From: an uncultured Gemmatimonadales bacterium
GTDB lineage: Bacteria > Gemmatimonadota > Gemmatimonadetes > Longimicrobiales > Gaopeijiaceae
Length of the DNA: 64,000 bases
Assembly (NCBI GenBank): GCA_963809895.1
Contig: CAWELD010000003.1
Location: 2,976,001 to 3,040,000, forward strand
Reading direction: 5' to 3'
The stretch's first letter is position 1, and the number at the start of each line of letters is the position of its first letter. Positions 42,201-51,100 of this stretch are shown in pieces. The position numbers and the translations under genes were made by a program. Under the pieces are notes generated by a model. It searched no databases and was not told the origin of the DNA. It was given only the letters and a program-made list of their open reading frames with translations.

Positions 42201-42345
42201 CTGCCGCCACCAGCAGGAGCGGGCGTGTGAGACGGCTGAGGCCCGAGAGGGGGACCACCTGCGACCTCGCGAACGGGAGGATCGACAACGAACTCCGGAT
42301 ACGTTCGGGAAGGACAACGTGCGACCGCAAGATGGAGCCACTCAC
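39256..42345 (-). CDS. Sensor histidine kinase: periplasmic beta-propeller + Y_Y_Y + TM + HisKA_3/HATPase
   Basis: QDSLGFIWIG-type repeats, PPWYGTWWF, RTRIAMDLHDQVGSGL, EALHNAARHS, DDGAG, GHGL; start uncertain. Confidence 0.9.
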   Translation of the reverse strand: MSGSILRSHVVLPERIRSSLSILPFARSQVVPLSGLSRLTRPLLLVAAVWVEVAYLAAYPDPLSGQDRFMRTFAQENGLKAPPVWALVQDSLGFIWIGAEGGLYRFDGSEIRPWAPQEIGIPVRDLAVSVEGRVAAVDGEGRLYEVTGSGVRAVPMPWPPSEQEVRADGSLAWSNEGTLWMLYGDMVVYRSSNGWDSLAPEAFGGEIPRLVAPTRFGGALVATWEGLWRVRSDSAPERLFEGAVITDAVEPEAGRILILVNVTSLRSPRVVEVSETGERELLPDPGPLWESRAIGLVERRGTVWVAVDRFLAALRPGGELEVMGTAQGLESGGPLLVDREGSLWLGSYIGLHQYPEPDTWLLSEREGLSSRHTRFLARSENTLWVMTWGRPNTIRREEEGWRVDGPTWESRSRICTEQDGTAWTATDDGLILEIHGTAVTPRADLPAGQVDGCTQGRDGGMWLGTPTQVIYVHGRREGQRVFPQPMPGSQDPHMALLQDSHDRLWLRAGLWLCHAQGAALLAQRDSAWSCAHGPGSAKLTSMVELPDGRLWASADQSGLYAFDGQRWTPVLIDGFPTRTVFKVVPSRRGGIWIVGAGVLRARPSGESGVEVLEELSAWQGVPPGGASDLVESEDGDIWLATNRGVARVPVAARFDTPPVPPVALVDGRVDGQPFPLDRSLILPHERNRLELRFAALSFRDRTGLRQEVRLGPDRPWSESGSAPFYRWVDLPAGSYQVEYRASHDGVVWSSTAARFSFIVQPPWYGTWWFIGLMSLTVTGVAMLIYRARVGYLLGLERQRTRIAMDLHDQVGSGLASVGILSGVIAEGDLRGEERRRTAREIADVAEELGHSLSDIVWSLDPRTATLEELATRLAEHGERLFADGALFQARFPDEWPSVRSEVAVRRNVLLIGLEALHNAARHSGARHVDLSFLPSGRQAWELTVRDDGAGLTTEAYDSAVPNRGHGLDGMARRAEEIAATLTVTGDRAHGTTVTVRFHPEGGPDVGLVRRLLASARGLTRMIMRAPHAR
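39273..39290. promoter_or_regulatory. Perfect 18-bp palindrome, candidate regulator binding site
   Basis: CTCGCATGATCATGCGAG, upstream of the response regulator; near-copy at 42341-42358. Confidence 0.55.
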
Positions 42346-42358
42346 ATGATCATGCGAT
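42341..42358. promoter_or_regulatory. Second copy of the palindrome, at the 5' end of the kinase gene
   Basis: CTCACATGATCATGCGAT, 16/18 identical to 39273-39290. Confidence 0.55.
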
Positions 42359-42445
42359 GGCGCCGCAGCAGTCTGCGCGGCCGCCTGAAACCTCCAGTCA
42401 CCCCCGGATACTGGAGCGCACCCAGACCGTCCTGCGAGTGGAGCA

Positions 42446-42631
42446 GTGCGCGACGGTCTCGACGAGGAGTTGGCCTACACCAGCGTCCTCTCGGTTCTCC
42501 TGCTCCTGGAGCGGAACGGCCACGTGGACCATCTGGTGGAGTCCCAGGGGCTCAGTGCACACGACGTGGAGCGGATCCGGGCAATCCTGGATGGGCAGGA
42601 AGACGACAACGGCAATGGCGAGGGGGGATGA
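42446..42631 (+). CDS. Short hypothetical ORF or gene fragment
   Basis: GC3-rich codons, protein-like helical acidic sequence (DEELAYTSVLSVLLLLERNG); GGAG close to GTG. Confidence 0.35.
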   Translation: MRDGLDEELAYTSVLSVLLLLERNGHVDHLVESQGLSAHDVERIRAILDGQEDDNGNGEGG

Positions 42632-42688
42632 CGACGGTGGCGTGCCCGGTGCCGGAACCGCCACGCTGAGGGGCCGCGCCGACGATGC

Positions 42689-44635
42689 TCAGGGCAAGCC
42701 TCCTCCGGCCGGCAGCACCTGCACCTCCAGGCGACTGGCCTGGTCGGGCGTGTGATAGACCCGCTCGATGGCGACCACGAAGTCGCCGGCGTCGGCCTCG
42801 TAGATGTTCGGCACGTACGTCTGGGGATTGCGGTCGAAGGCCGGGAACCAGGTGCTCTGGACCTGGACCATGATGCGGTGGCCCGCCCCGAACGTGTGCA
42901 GCACGTCCTGGAGCGGGAACGTCACCTCGGTCACCCGGTTCGGCACGAAGGGCTCGGGTCGGTCGAAGCCGTTGCGGTAGCGCCCACGCATGATCTCGCC
43001 ACGCACCAGCTGCTGGTAGCCCCCGTAGTGCTCGGTGCTGTCCGGCCGGAACGGGCTGTCGGCTTCGTCCATGGGATAGACGTCGATGAGTTTGACCACG
43101 TAGTCCGATGCCGTGGTGGAGGTGCTCACGAAGAGGCGGGCCGTGATCTCGCCACCCAACGTGACGGCACTCTCCAACGGCGGGGTCCGGAACGTCACCA
43201 CGCCGCGGTTGTCGTCGAAGCAGCGCTGGTCGTCACTCATGTACTGGTACATGGTGAGACCCTGGATCGTGGGGATCTCACAGCGGCTGGGAACCGGACT
43301 CGCGGGATCGCTCACGTACTCCGAGAAGGCGCTCCCGGTGGAGGGGGGATCGAAGGACAACGCTTCGTCGGCGTTGAGGTAGAGCGACCGCGTGGTGGCG
43401 TCCCGCGCCGGCCACCCATCGAAGGAGCGCCACACCTTGGCACCGGTGTCGAACATGAGCGCCTCGGGAATCCCCACGGGCCCCTCCCCACCCTCCTTGA
43501 GGAAGTGGCGGAAGAACTGCGCCTCGACGTCGCGCTGGAACTTCACCTCCAGGGAATCCCCGAAGTAGATGTCGCCGTGAACGGTGTGCGTGATCCCCCG
43601 GCGCGACCATCCGCCGTGGCGAAAGGGACCCTCCACGATGGCGTTGAAGTTCTGCGGGTCGTGGGACTCGATGGTCTTGTAGACCTTGAGGGGTCCGTAG
43701 AGATCCTCGGCATCGAACCATCCCCCCACCGTCAGCATCGCGGGCATGTCACCACGCAGGTGCGGGCCCACGGCGCGCGCCTGCCAGAAGGCGTCGTAGT
43801 CCGGATGCTGGACGATCTCCTGCCAGAAGAAGTTGTCCTGGTAGTAGCGCTCGGTCGTGTTGCGCAGCGGCCCCAGCGCGAGTTGGAAGTCGTAGTCGTC
43901 GGGCAGACCGTCCTGCACCATGGAGGGTGCCCACCAGGCCTCGCTGGTGGGCTCGGGGTGCTGGATGCCGAACAGGGGATACGTGTAGAAGTAGCCCTGC
44001 GTGAGCGCGCCGTTGTGATGGAAGTCCTCGAAGTAGAAGTTCGTCACCGGCGCCTGTGGAGAGGCCGCCACCAGAGCCGGGTGGCCCGACAGGGCCCCCA
44101 TGGTGGTGAAGAAGCCGGGGTAGGAGATCCCCCACTGCCCGACCCGACCGTTGTTGTAATCCACGTTGTCGAGCAGCCACTCGATGGTGTCGTAGGTGTC
44201 GGAGGCCTCGTCCACCGCTGTGGGGTCCTGCGCTTTGATGGAGTCGGCGATGAAGGGGCGCACGTTGACCCAGGTGCCCTCGGACATGTAACGGCCCCGC
44301 ACGTCCTGGTACACGAAGATGTACTTGTCGCGCATCATGTACGGATCGGGCCCGACGATGGCCGGATAGGCGTCGGCGCCGTAAGGGGCCACCGAGTAGC
44401 AGGTCCGCTGCATCACCATGGGATACGTGCGGTCCGGCGAGGCGTCCCGGGGCGTGTAGACGATGGTGAAGAGCTTCACACCGTCACGCATGGGGATCTC
44501 ATATTCGTGCTTGACGTAGTTCGCCCGCACGAATTGCTCGCCGGTATCGGTGTCGGTCCGAGTCTGGGCGCAGGCCGTCGCGGCCAGCAGAAATGTCAGG
44601 GGGAGGGCAACCGAGACAACGCGTGGAGTCTTCAT
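42689..44635 (-). CDS. CocE/NonD-family hydrolase (alpha-amino acid ester hydrolase-like)
   Basis: IPMRDGVKL, QDVRGRYMSEG, WGISYPGF, GGWFDAEDLYG, HGGW, VQSTWFP. Confidence 0.92.
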   Translation of the reverse strand: MKTPRVVSVALPLTFLLAATACAQTRTDTDTGEQFVRANYVKHEYEIPMRDGVKLFTIVYTPRDASPDRTYPMVMQRTCYSVAPYGADAYPAIVGPDPYMMRDKYIFVYQDVRGRYMSEGTWVNVRPFIADSIKAQDPTAVDEASDTYDTIEWLLDNVDYNNGRVGQWGISYPGFFTTMGALSGHPALVAASPQAPVTNFYFEDFHHNGALTQGYFYTYPLFGIQHPEPTSEAWWAPSMVQDGLPDDYDFQLALGPLRNTTERYYQDNFFWQEIVQHPDYDAFWQARAVGPHLRGDMPAMLTVGGWFDAEDLYGPLKVYKTIESHDPQNFNAIVEGPFRHGGWSRRGITHTVHGDIYFGDSLEVKFQRDVEAQFFRHFLKEGGEGPVGIPEALMFDTGAKVWRSFDGWPARDATTRSLYLNADEALSFDPPSTGSAFSEYVSDPASPVPSRCEIPTIQGLTMYQYMSDDQRCFDDNRGVVTFRTPPLESAVTLGGEITARLFVSTSTTASDYVVKLIDVYPMDEADSPFRPDSTEHYGGYQQLVRGEIMRGRYRNGFDRPEPFVPNRVTEVTFPLQDVLHTFGAGHRIMVQVQSTWFPAFDRNPQTYVPNIYEADAGDFVVAIERVYHTPDQASRLEVQVLPAGGGLP

Positions 44636-44802
44636 GGGAGAAACGTGGGGCCGGCCCCGCGCGCGGCGCCAGAGGGGGTCACCTCGCGCACACGGGCGCC
44701 CGGCTCCTTCTCCCGGGATTTCCCTTCAGACGGCGGACCGACGCCGGCGACGGTCTTCGCCTCGATCGGCGCGAGGCCCGCATGCGGCCGCGGCGTCGGC
44801 CG

Positions 44803-45117
44803 TCAGACGGTGAAGCCCACCCCCGCCGCCACCGCCAGCAGGATGAGCACGACCCACGTGATCGGCCGCGCCCACACCGGACGCAGCTCTTTGCGCACGT
44901 CGTCCGCACGGTGCGGGTTGATGGCGATGGCCATGCGGCCCTCCTCGTCTTTCTGCCCTTCCACGAGGCGGTCCGACAGAAGCTGGTTCACGGCCTTCTG
45001 GTACTTCTCCGGATGCCTGTCGAAACCCGCGATGTCGGAAGGGCGGGTGAAGCCCGACCCGTTCCCGTTCTGGCGAGACCTGGAGAGCTCCCGGAGGATC
45101 GTCGTTCTCGGAGTCAT
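44803..45117 (-). CDS. Small hypothetical protein with C-terminal TM anchor
   Basis: Good codon bias; YQKAVNQLLSDRLVEG; C-terminal WVVLILLAVAAGVGF. Confidence 0.65.
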   Translation of the reverse strand: MTPRTTILRELSRSRQNGNGSGFTRPSDIAGFDRHPEKYQKAVNQLLSDRLVEGQKDEEGRMAIAINPHRADDVRKELRPVWARPITWVVLILLAVAAGVGFTV

Positions 45118-45353
45118 CGGAATTGCGGCGGTTCAAGTTGGACTGGATTCGCGTGGTCCGTGCGATCCCGTACGAGATCAGACGCTCGCGGGTGTCAGAG
45201 AGTTGCGAAACGGGCGGGGGGAGGGCGGTCGCGCGTGCAGCACTGGTGACGGCCACGGTGATCGGCATGGTGGCGGCGGGCGGGGGCGTGGCGGGTGCGG
45301 CGGCCGGTGGCGGTCGCGATGCCGGTCGCGGCGGCCGATGGCGGTGGCGGCGC

Positions 45354-45440
45354 GGTCGCGGGCACGGTCATGGTCGCGGGCACGGCCATGGTCGCTGGCA
45401 CGGTGATGGTGGCGGGCACGGTGATGGTGGCGGGCACGGC
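45354..45440. repeat. 18-bp tandem repeat, about 4.8 copies
   Basis: GGT(C/G)GC(G/T)GGCACGG(T/C)(C/G)AT at 45354, 45372, 45390, 45408, 45426. Confidence 0.9.
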
Positions 45441-45635
45441 CGGCGAGGCTGCTGTCAATCAAGCAACCGCCCGCAATGTGACGACGCTCGCAGGGTTCGC
45501 GGCAATTATCGCGGCGTGGGCCTCACGCGAGCCCTGACCCCCTCTCCGGCGCTGGATTCACGGCAACCATCGCCGCGAATCGAGCAAGGTCCCGGGAAGA
45601 GGGCCGCCTTGCTCGCTTGACGGCAGCCGTCTCCC
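45436..45635. repeat. Array of degenerate REP-like palindromes (about 60-bp period), downstream of the DUF559 gene
   Basis: GGCA cores at 45501, 45562, 45622; partial unit GCTGTCAATC at 45451; GATTCACGGC-AACCATC-GCCGCGAATC is a hairpin. Confidence 0.7.
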
Positions 45636-45749
45636 GCCTCTGGTGGGTCGTCGCCAGGATTCCCCGACTTCTCGCGGATGGCGGGTGCTCCGGCCATGCC
45701 GACCTCCCAGTCGCGCCAACCGCACGTCGCCCTCGACGCCAGTGCGCCT

Positions 45750-46706
45750 TCACCGCGAACGACCGTCGCCAATCCTGAGCGCGCGCATCCCGGCCAATGC
45801 CTGGCCGAGCCGGACAAGCAACTCCTCCCGCTCCACCGTCAGGTGCTTCCAGGTCACGCGCATCACTCGCAGACCGGCGGCGGTCAGCCGCATGTCCCGG
45901 TCGCGGTCCCGCTCGAAGGCCTCGGGAGACGAGTGGTAGTCGTATCCGTCGACCTCGACCACGAGTCCGGCGCCTCGCCAGAAGAAGTCGACTTCCATGC
46001 CTTCGACGCGCGCGTTGACCTGCGGCGGCGGGACGCGAGCCTTCCGCACCAGCCCGAGAAAGCGTGCCTCGGCCTCGGACCGGGTGAAGGCGGGTGAGAA
46101 TGCCGGCTGCAGGAGCTCGCGCAACAACGGCGCCCCGGGGCGATGCGCGTGGCGGCCCAGCAGCTCCTCCAGGCGAGCTTGCTCCAGAAGGCCGCCCCGC
46201 TTGGCGTTCGCCAGCGCCCGCTCCAATTGCTTCGGGCTCGCGACACCCGCCAAATCGATCAGCGTCCGGGCGGGGGTCGTCAGGGGGATCCTGGACTTCA
46301 TCGTGGTCTCGTCGTCGTTGAGCGTCGTCATCCTGTGGACGCGGACACCTGGACCGGGGGCGCGGCAGCCGCGCCGAATGCTCACGTCCAGCGGGGACCC
46401 GCGACCGGCGTCCGTGAGCATGGCCCACAGGACGGCGGCGCTGCGGTGACTCAGCGCCGCGGTCGGTCCGCACGCCAGCACGGCCGCCATCTCCCCGGCG
46501 TACCGTCCCGCCACGGGCCCGACCTGGTAGACCCCGCGGTACAGGGGGGTCAGGCGGCCACGCTGCACACGGTAGTCGATGCGGTGGCTCGCCACACCGG
46601 CCCGGAGCAGCTGGGTCCGCGTGACCACCCCGTGCTGACCTTCCGCGAGGGCGGTGATGATGCGGAATGGGTCGCGGGCGTCGCGGCCTGGAAGCTCCGC
46701 TCGCAC
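45750..46706 (-). CDS. AbiEi-type antitoxin N-terminal domain + DUF559 (Vsr-like) endonuclease-domain protein
   Basis: LAEGQHGVVTRTQLL...LYRGVY, ALSHRSAAVLW, TTPARTLIDL, TRSEAE, VDFFW...VVEVDGYDYH...DRDRD...RVTW; likely GTG start 46706 after AGGA. Confidence 0.88.
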   Translation of the reverse strand: MRAELPGRDARDPFRIITALAEGQHGVVTRTQLLRAGVASHRIDYRVQRGRLTPLYRGVYQVGPVAGRYAGEMAAVLACGPTAALSHRSAAVLWAMLTDAGRGSPLDVSIRRGCRAPGPGVRVHRMTTLNDDETTMKSRIPLTTPARTLIDLAGVASPKQLERALANAKRGGLLEQARLEELLGRHAHRPGAPLLRELLQPAFSPAFTRSEAEARFLGLVRKARVPPPQVNARVEGMEVDFFWRGAGLVVEVDGYDYHSSPEAFERDRDRDMRLTAAGLRVMRVTWKHLTVEREELLVRLGQALAGMRALRIGDGRSR

Positions 46707-46712
46707 CGCATC

Positions 46713-46910
46713 CTGGCGGCCAGTGCCGTCAACCCTGCGAGGACCGGGTCGGCTCGTGCGACTCGTAGGATTCACGGCAATTATCCCCGTCTGGGCTGCA
46801 GGAAGTCCGGAGGGGTGGGTCGCTATCAGGACCGACGGCACTATGTCCGGTCAGGACCGCATGGAGGCCGGCACAAGCCTCGCTTGCTCCATTGACGGCA
46901 ACGACAAGCC
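46713..46910. repeat. Second array of the same palindromes, upstream of the DUF559 gene
   Basis: GGCA cores at 46776, 46837, 46897; TGGCGGC-CAGT-GCCGTCA unit at 46714-46731; spacing 61/60, as in the left array. Confidence 0.7.
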
Positions 46911-46957
46911 ACGGGGCCTCGTCCTCACCGGCTTCCTCCCCACCCGGCCGAGAAGCT

Positions 46958-47061
46958 ACCCGCCGTCCCCGGGCGATCCCATGGGCGAATCGGTCGAATC
47001 CGCCCGCCGCGTTCGAACCCTGACCCGCCGCCCCCGGGCGACCCAATGGGCGAATCGGCCG
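46958..47061. repeat. Two copies of a 39-bp direct repeat, 65-bp period
   Basis: ACCCGCCG(T/C)CCCCGGGCGA(T/C)CC(C/A)ATGGGCGAATCGG(T/C)CG at 46958 and 47023, 35/39 identical. Confidence 0.85.
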
Positions 47062-47149
47062 CGCACGCACGCCCGGCCACTCTCGCCCTCTCGCCGCCCG
47101 CACGCGCACCCTGGCCCACACCGGACCCACCCTTGCCCTCGCCCGCAGA

Positions 47150-48025
47150 CTAGGTGCCCGCCCCACCCCCTCCCGCCGCACCCGCGGCCACCGCGCCACG
47201 AGCGCCATCGGTCGCATTCCCCATCCCCAATCGACCCCGAAGCCGCCAGAAGATCACGGCCACCGCCACCGCCACGATGGCCAGCGCGGCGCCGAACTCC
47301 CCGATGACCCATTTCGTGGGGCCGGTGTCGACGGTGGCGGGGTCGAAGTAGCCCTGGATGTAGAGATTGTGGCTCGCGTGCAGGAGGGCTCCGGTCCACA
47401 GGCTTCCCGACTTCAGCCGCAGCCATGCCAGCGGAACGCTGATCCCCACGACCAGCACCACGAAGCAGAGCGTGGAATACCACCACGGCGTGCCGCCGTT
47501 GTAGTTGGCGAACACGATCAGGGGAACGTGCCAGGAGGCCCAGATGAGCCCGCTGATCACCGCCGTGCCGGTGAAGCTCGTCACCCGAGCCAGCTCCGGG
47601 ACCAACAGCCCACGCCAGCCGATCTCCTCGCCGGTGGCCGACCGGATGCTGAAGAGGGATCCCACCAACACGAACTGCCACACGCTCCCGGGACGCGGCC
47701 CCGACGGGCTCCCCAGGCCCGTGTACCAGACGGCGAGATAGGCCACCGACGCGTACCCGATCGGCAGCAGATAGGCCAGCACCTGCCATCGGGTCTTCCC
47801 CCACCGCCACCCCATCCCCCGGAGATTCCCCTGGAGGATCAGTCGTGTGAGGATCGCGGCCGTACCCGGCGACCACATGAGCAGCAGCACGTACCAGCCG
47901 CCGGCAGCGCCAAGGTCCCCGGCGCGGATGATGAGCGTGTAGAAGACGGCGCTGAAGGTGAAGGTGAGCGCCAGGTAGAGCCCGATCTTCCTCCATGCGT
48001 CCCTGCGTGCCTCTGAATCGGCCAT
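47150..48025 (-). CDS. CPBP-family (CAAX/Abi) intramembrane metalloprotease
   Basis: GEEIGWRG, WASWHVP, LLHASHN; multiple TM helices. Confidence 0.92.
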   Translation of the reverse strand: MADSEARRDAWRKIGLYLALTFTFSAVFYTLIIRAGDLGAAGGWYVLLLMWSPGTAAILTRLILQGNLRGMGWRWGKTRWQVLAYLLPIGYASVAYLAVWYTGLGSPSGPRPGSVWQFVLVGSLFSIRSATGEEIGWRGLLVPELARVTSFTGTAVISGLIWASWHVPLIVFANYNGGTPWWYSTLCFVVLVVGISVPLAWLRLKSGSLWTGALLHASHNLYIQGYFDPATVDTGPTKWVIGEFGAALAIVAVAVAVIFWRLRGRLGMGNATDGARGAVAAGAAGGGGAGT

Positions 48026-48156
48026 GGGTCGTGCGCGCTCCGCGTCCAGGGGGGGGTCGGCTCGCCGACGCCGCGGGGGAGCCCCGGGCGCGGGGGGAGC
48101 CCGGGCACGAAATGCGCCGGGGCCCCCTCCAGGAAGCGGGGCGAGCCAGGTCGGAA

Positions 48157-51100
48157 CTACATCACCAGCCGGCAACCCTCCGGCTTGTCGCACTGGGGAT
48201 CGATGGCCGGCAGGTTCAGCCGCTCCAACTCGCGATTCACGTCGGCCAGATCACTGTTCCAGATCTCCTGCAGGCGATCGAGGTAGCCCTCGAGGCGATT
48301 GCTCATGATGCGGAAGATCTCGGGCATGTTGTTGTTGGGCCGGCCGTCACCACGCTCGGCCATGGCCATGAGGTTGGCCAGACGGTTGTTGACCCGGATC
48401 GGGAAGTTGAGCGGGTCCTGTCCGCTCTGGTTCTTCACCTGATAGATGTCGGCCTCCACCGCCGACGCGTTCTTGTCGAGCGCGTCTCCCGCCGAGTGCA
48501 GGCGTCCGTCGTCGGACTCCTCGAGGCGGTTGTCGAGCTGCGCCTTCACGCGCCGAATGGCGATGACGGCTTCGTTGGCGTCGTTCACCCGGTCCCGGAC
48601 CATGCGCGAGAACTCGTACTGCGCGCGCATGTCCGCGTCCGTCACCTCGGGGATCCAGGGATTCCCCTCGACCATGAGCGGCGCGGTCACCGTCTCGCCG
48701 TCCGCGGTGAGGCGCACGGTGTAGCGACCCGGAGGCGCCGTGGGGCCCATGGGCCGCGCTCCCCAGAAGATCATCCCCGGAAAGCTCTTCCAGGATTCGC
48801 CTTCCAGATTCCAGCGCAGCGTGTTGAGCCCGGCCTCGTTGGAGAGCCAGGGTCCGCCGCCGCCGAAGCGCCGCGGGCCTCCCCCGCCCTGCGCCGAGTC
48901 CGGCGTCGTGGTGTCGGGCACGAAGGTGCGCAGCACGGCGCCGGTCGAGTCGACGATCTCGAGCTTGGCGCTCTCGGCGGCGTCCTTCATCCACCAGGAG
49001 ATCGTGACGTCCGGCCCGGAGCGGACCGCAACGGGGGGATCGAAGAGCGTCACGTCGGCGGTGGCGATCTGCGCCATGGCCTGCCGCAACGGGGCGATGT
49101 CGTCCAGGACCCAGAAGCCCCGGCCGTGGCTGGCGATGACGAGCTCGTTCTTCTCCACCACCAGGTCCACCACCGGCAGGTCCGGCATGTTGTTGGTGAG
49201 ATCCTGCCACGAGTCCCCGTCGTCGTACGAGATGTACACGCCGTGCTGCGTGGCCGCGTACAGGAGCCCCTGTCGGTTCGGGTCTTCACGCACCGCGTGC
49301 ACGTAGGCGTCCGGACGGATACCCGACACGGTCTTCTCCCAGGTCTGACCGTAGTCGTGGGTCCGGTAGATGTAGGGCGCCTGATCGTCGAGCAGCGGGC
49401 GCTTGACCGCGACGTAGGCGGCGCCGTCGCTGAAGCTCGACGCATCGATCTGGCTGACGCGCCCGAAGTCGGGCATGTCGGGAGGGGTCACGTCGGTCCA
49501 GGTCTGGCCGCCGTCGCGGGTCACGTGGATCAGGCCGTCGTCGGACCCGGTCCAGATCACGTTCATGTTCCGCTTGCCCGGGGCCACCGAGAAGATCACG
49601 GCGTACACCTCGGGGCCGTTCATGTCATGCGTGATGGGACCGCCCGAGGGGCCCATGGTGCTGGGATCGTGACGCGTGAGGTCACCGCTGAGCGCGGTCC
49701 ACGTCCTACCACCGTCCTTGGACGACCACAGGCGCTGCGACGACGTGTAGAGCGTCTGGTGATCCACCGGCGAGAAGATGATGGGGAACGTCCACTGCCA
49801 GCGCTCGCGGATGTCCTCGGAAGGCTCGCCCGAATAAAACCACGGATAGGGATTCACCTCGCGGTGCGTGCCCAGGGCGTGATCGTACTTGTCGATGTAG
49901 CCGCCGTTGTTGTCGCCGGAGAAGAAGAGCTGGAAGTCGTTGGGATCCGGCGCGATGTAGCCCGGCTCACCTCCGCCCACGGCGTAGGCCTGGTTCATGG
50001 CACCGGCGGTGACCTCCCGGTACCCGTTGTCATCATCACCGCCACCACCGCCCCCGCCGAAGCCCCGTCCACCGCCGAGATTCCAGTCGTACGGCAGGCA
50101 CAGGGTGCTGTTGTCCTGCTGCGCGCCACACACGTCGTAGGGGATCTTGGTCGTGGTGATGACGTGGTAGAACTGGGCCGTGGGAAAGTCCTGGTCGGTC
50201 CAACTGGCGGCGGTGTCGGTGGAGACCGCACCACCCCCGTCGTTGGCCACCACGAGGTGGGCCGGGTCGTCGGGATCGATCCACAGGTCGTGGAAGTCGC
50301 CGTGCGTGCCCCGGATCGAGCGCATGGTCTCACCGGCGTCTTCGGAGCGGTAGAGCGACGTGTTCTCCATGTAGACCACGTCCTGGTCCATCGGATCGGC
50401 GAAGACGTTGGTGTAGTAGAAGGAGCGCTGGCGGATGTTGCGGCTGTCGTTCATCCGCTCCCAGGTGGCGCCGGCGTCGTCGCTCTTGAAGAGTCCCCCC
50501 TCGTCGTTCTCCACCAACGCGTACACGCGGTCGGAGTTGGCCCTGGACACCGAGACGCCGATGCGGCCCACCAGTCCTTCGGCCGGAAGTCCGGGATTGC
50601 GGGTGAGCTCCTGCCAGGTCTCGCCGCCGTCGGTGCTCTTGAAGAGCCCGCTCCCCACGCCCCCGCTGGACATCTTGTACTCGGTGCGGTAGGCCTGCCA
50701 CAGCGCGGCGTACACGACATCGGGGTTGTTGCGGTCGATGGAGATGTCCACGGCGCCGGTGCTGTCGTTCCGGAAGAGCACCTTGCGCCAGGTGTCGCCG
50801 CCGTCGGTGCTCTTGAAGACGCCCCGCTCGGGGCTCGACACGCCGTACTCGCCGAAGACCGCCGCGAACACGATGTCGGGATTCGTGGGATGGATGCGGA
50901 TCTTCGAGATCGCGTCCACGTCGCGGAATCCCACGTGGGTCCAGGTCTCTCCGGCGTCCGTGGATTTGTAGATGCCGTCACCGGGCATGATGTTGCCCCG
51001 GATCGCCGACTCGCCCATGCCGATGAAGACGATGTTGGGGTCGGTCTCGCTCACCGCCACCGCACCCACCGAGGCGCTGGTGACCTGATGATCCGTGACG

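Noticed and set aside
46707..46841. Longer N-terminus of the DUF559 protein
   Set aside because: It runs through the repeat array; homology-like sequence begins only after the GTG at 46706.
45436..47061. CRISPR array
   Set aside because: Units are too degenerate and too few, and there are no cas genes in the window; better described as REP-like arrays.
45750..48025. AbiE toxin-antitoxin or defence island (AbiEi plus 'Abi' CAAX protease)
   Set aside because: No AbiEii nucleotidyltransferase is present; the CPBP 'Abi' name does not imply phage defence; no other defence genes were seen.
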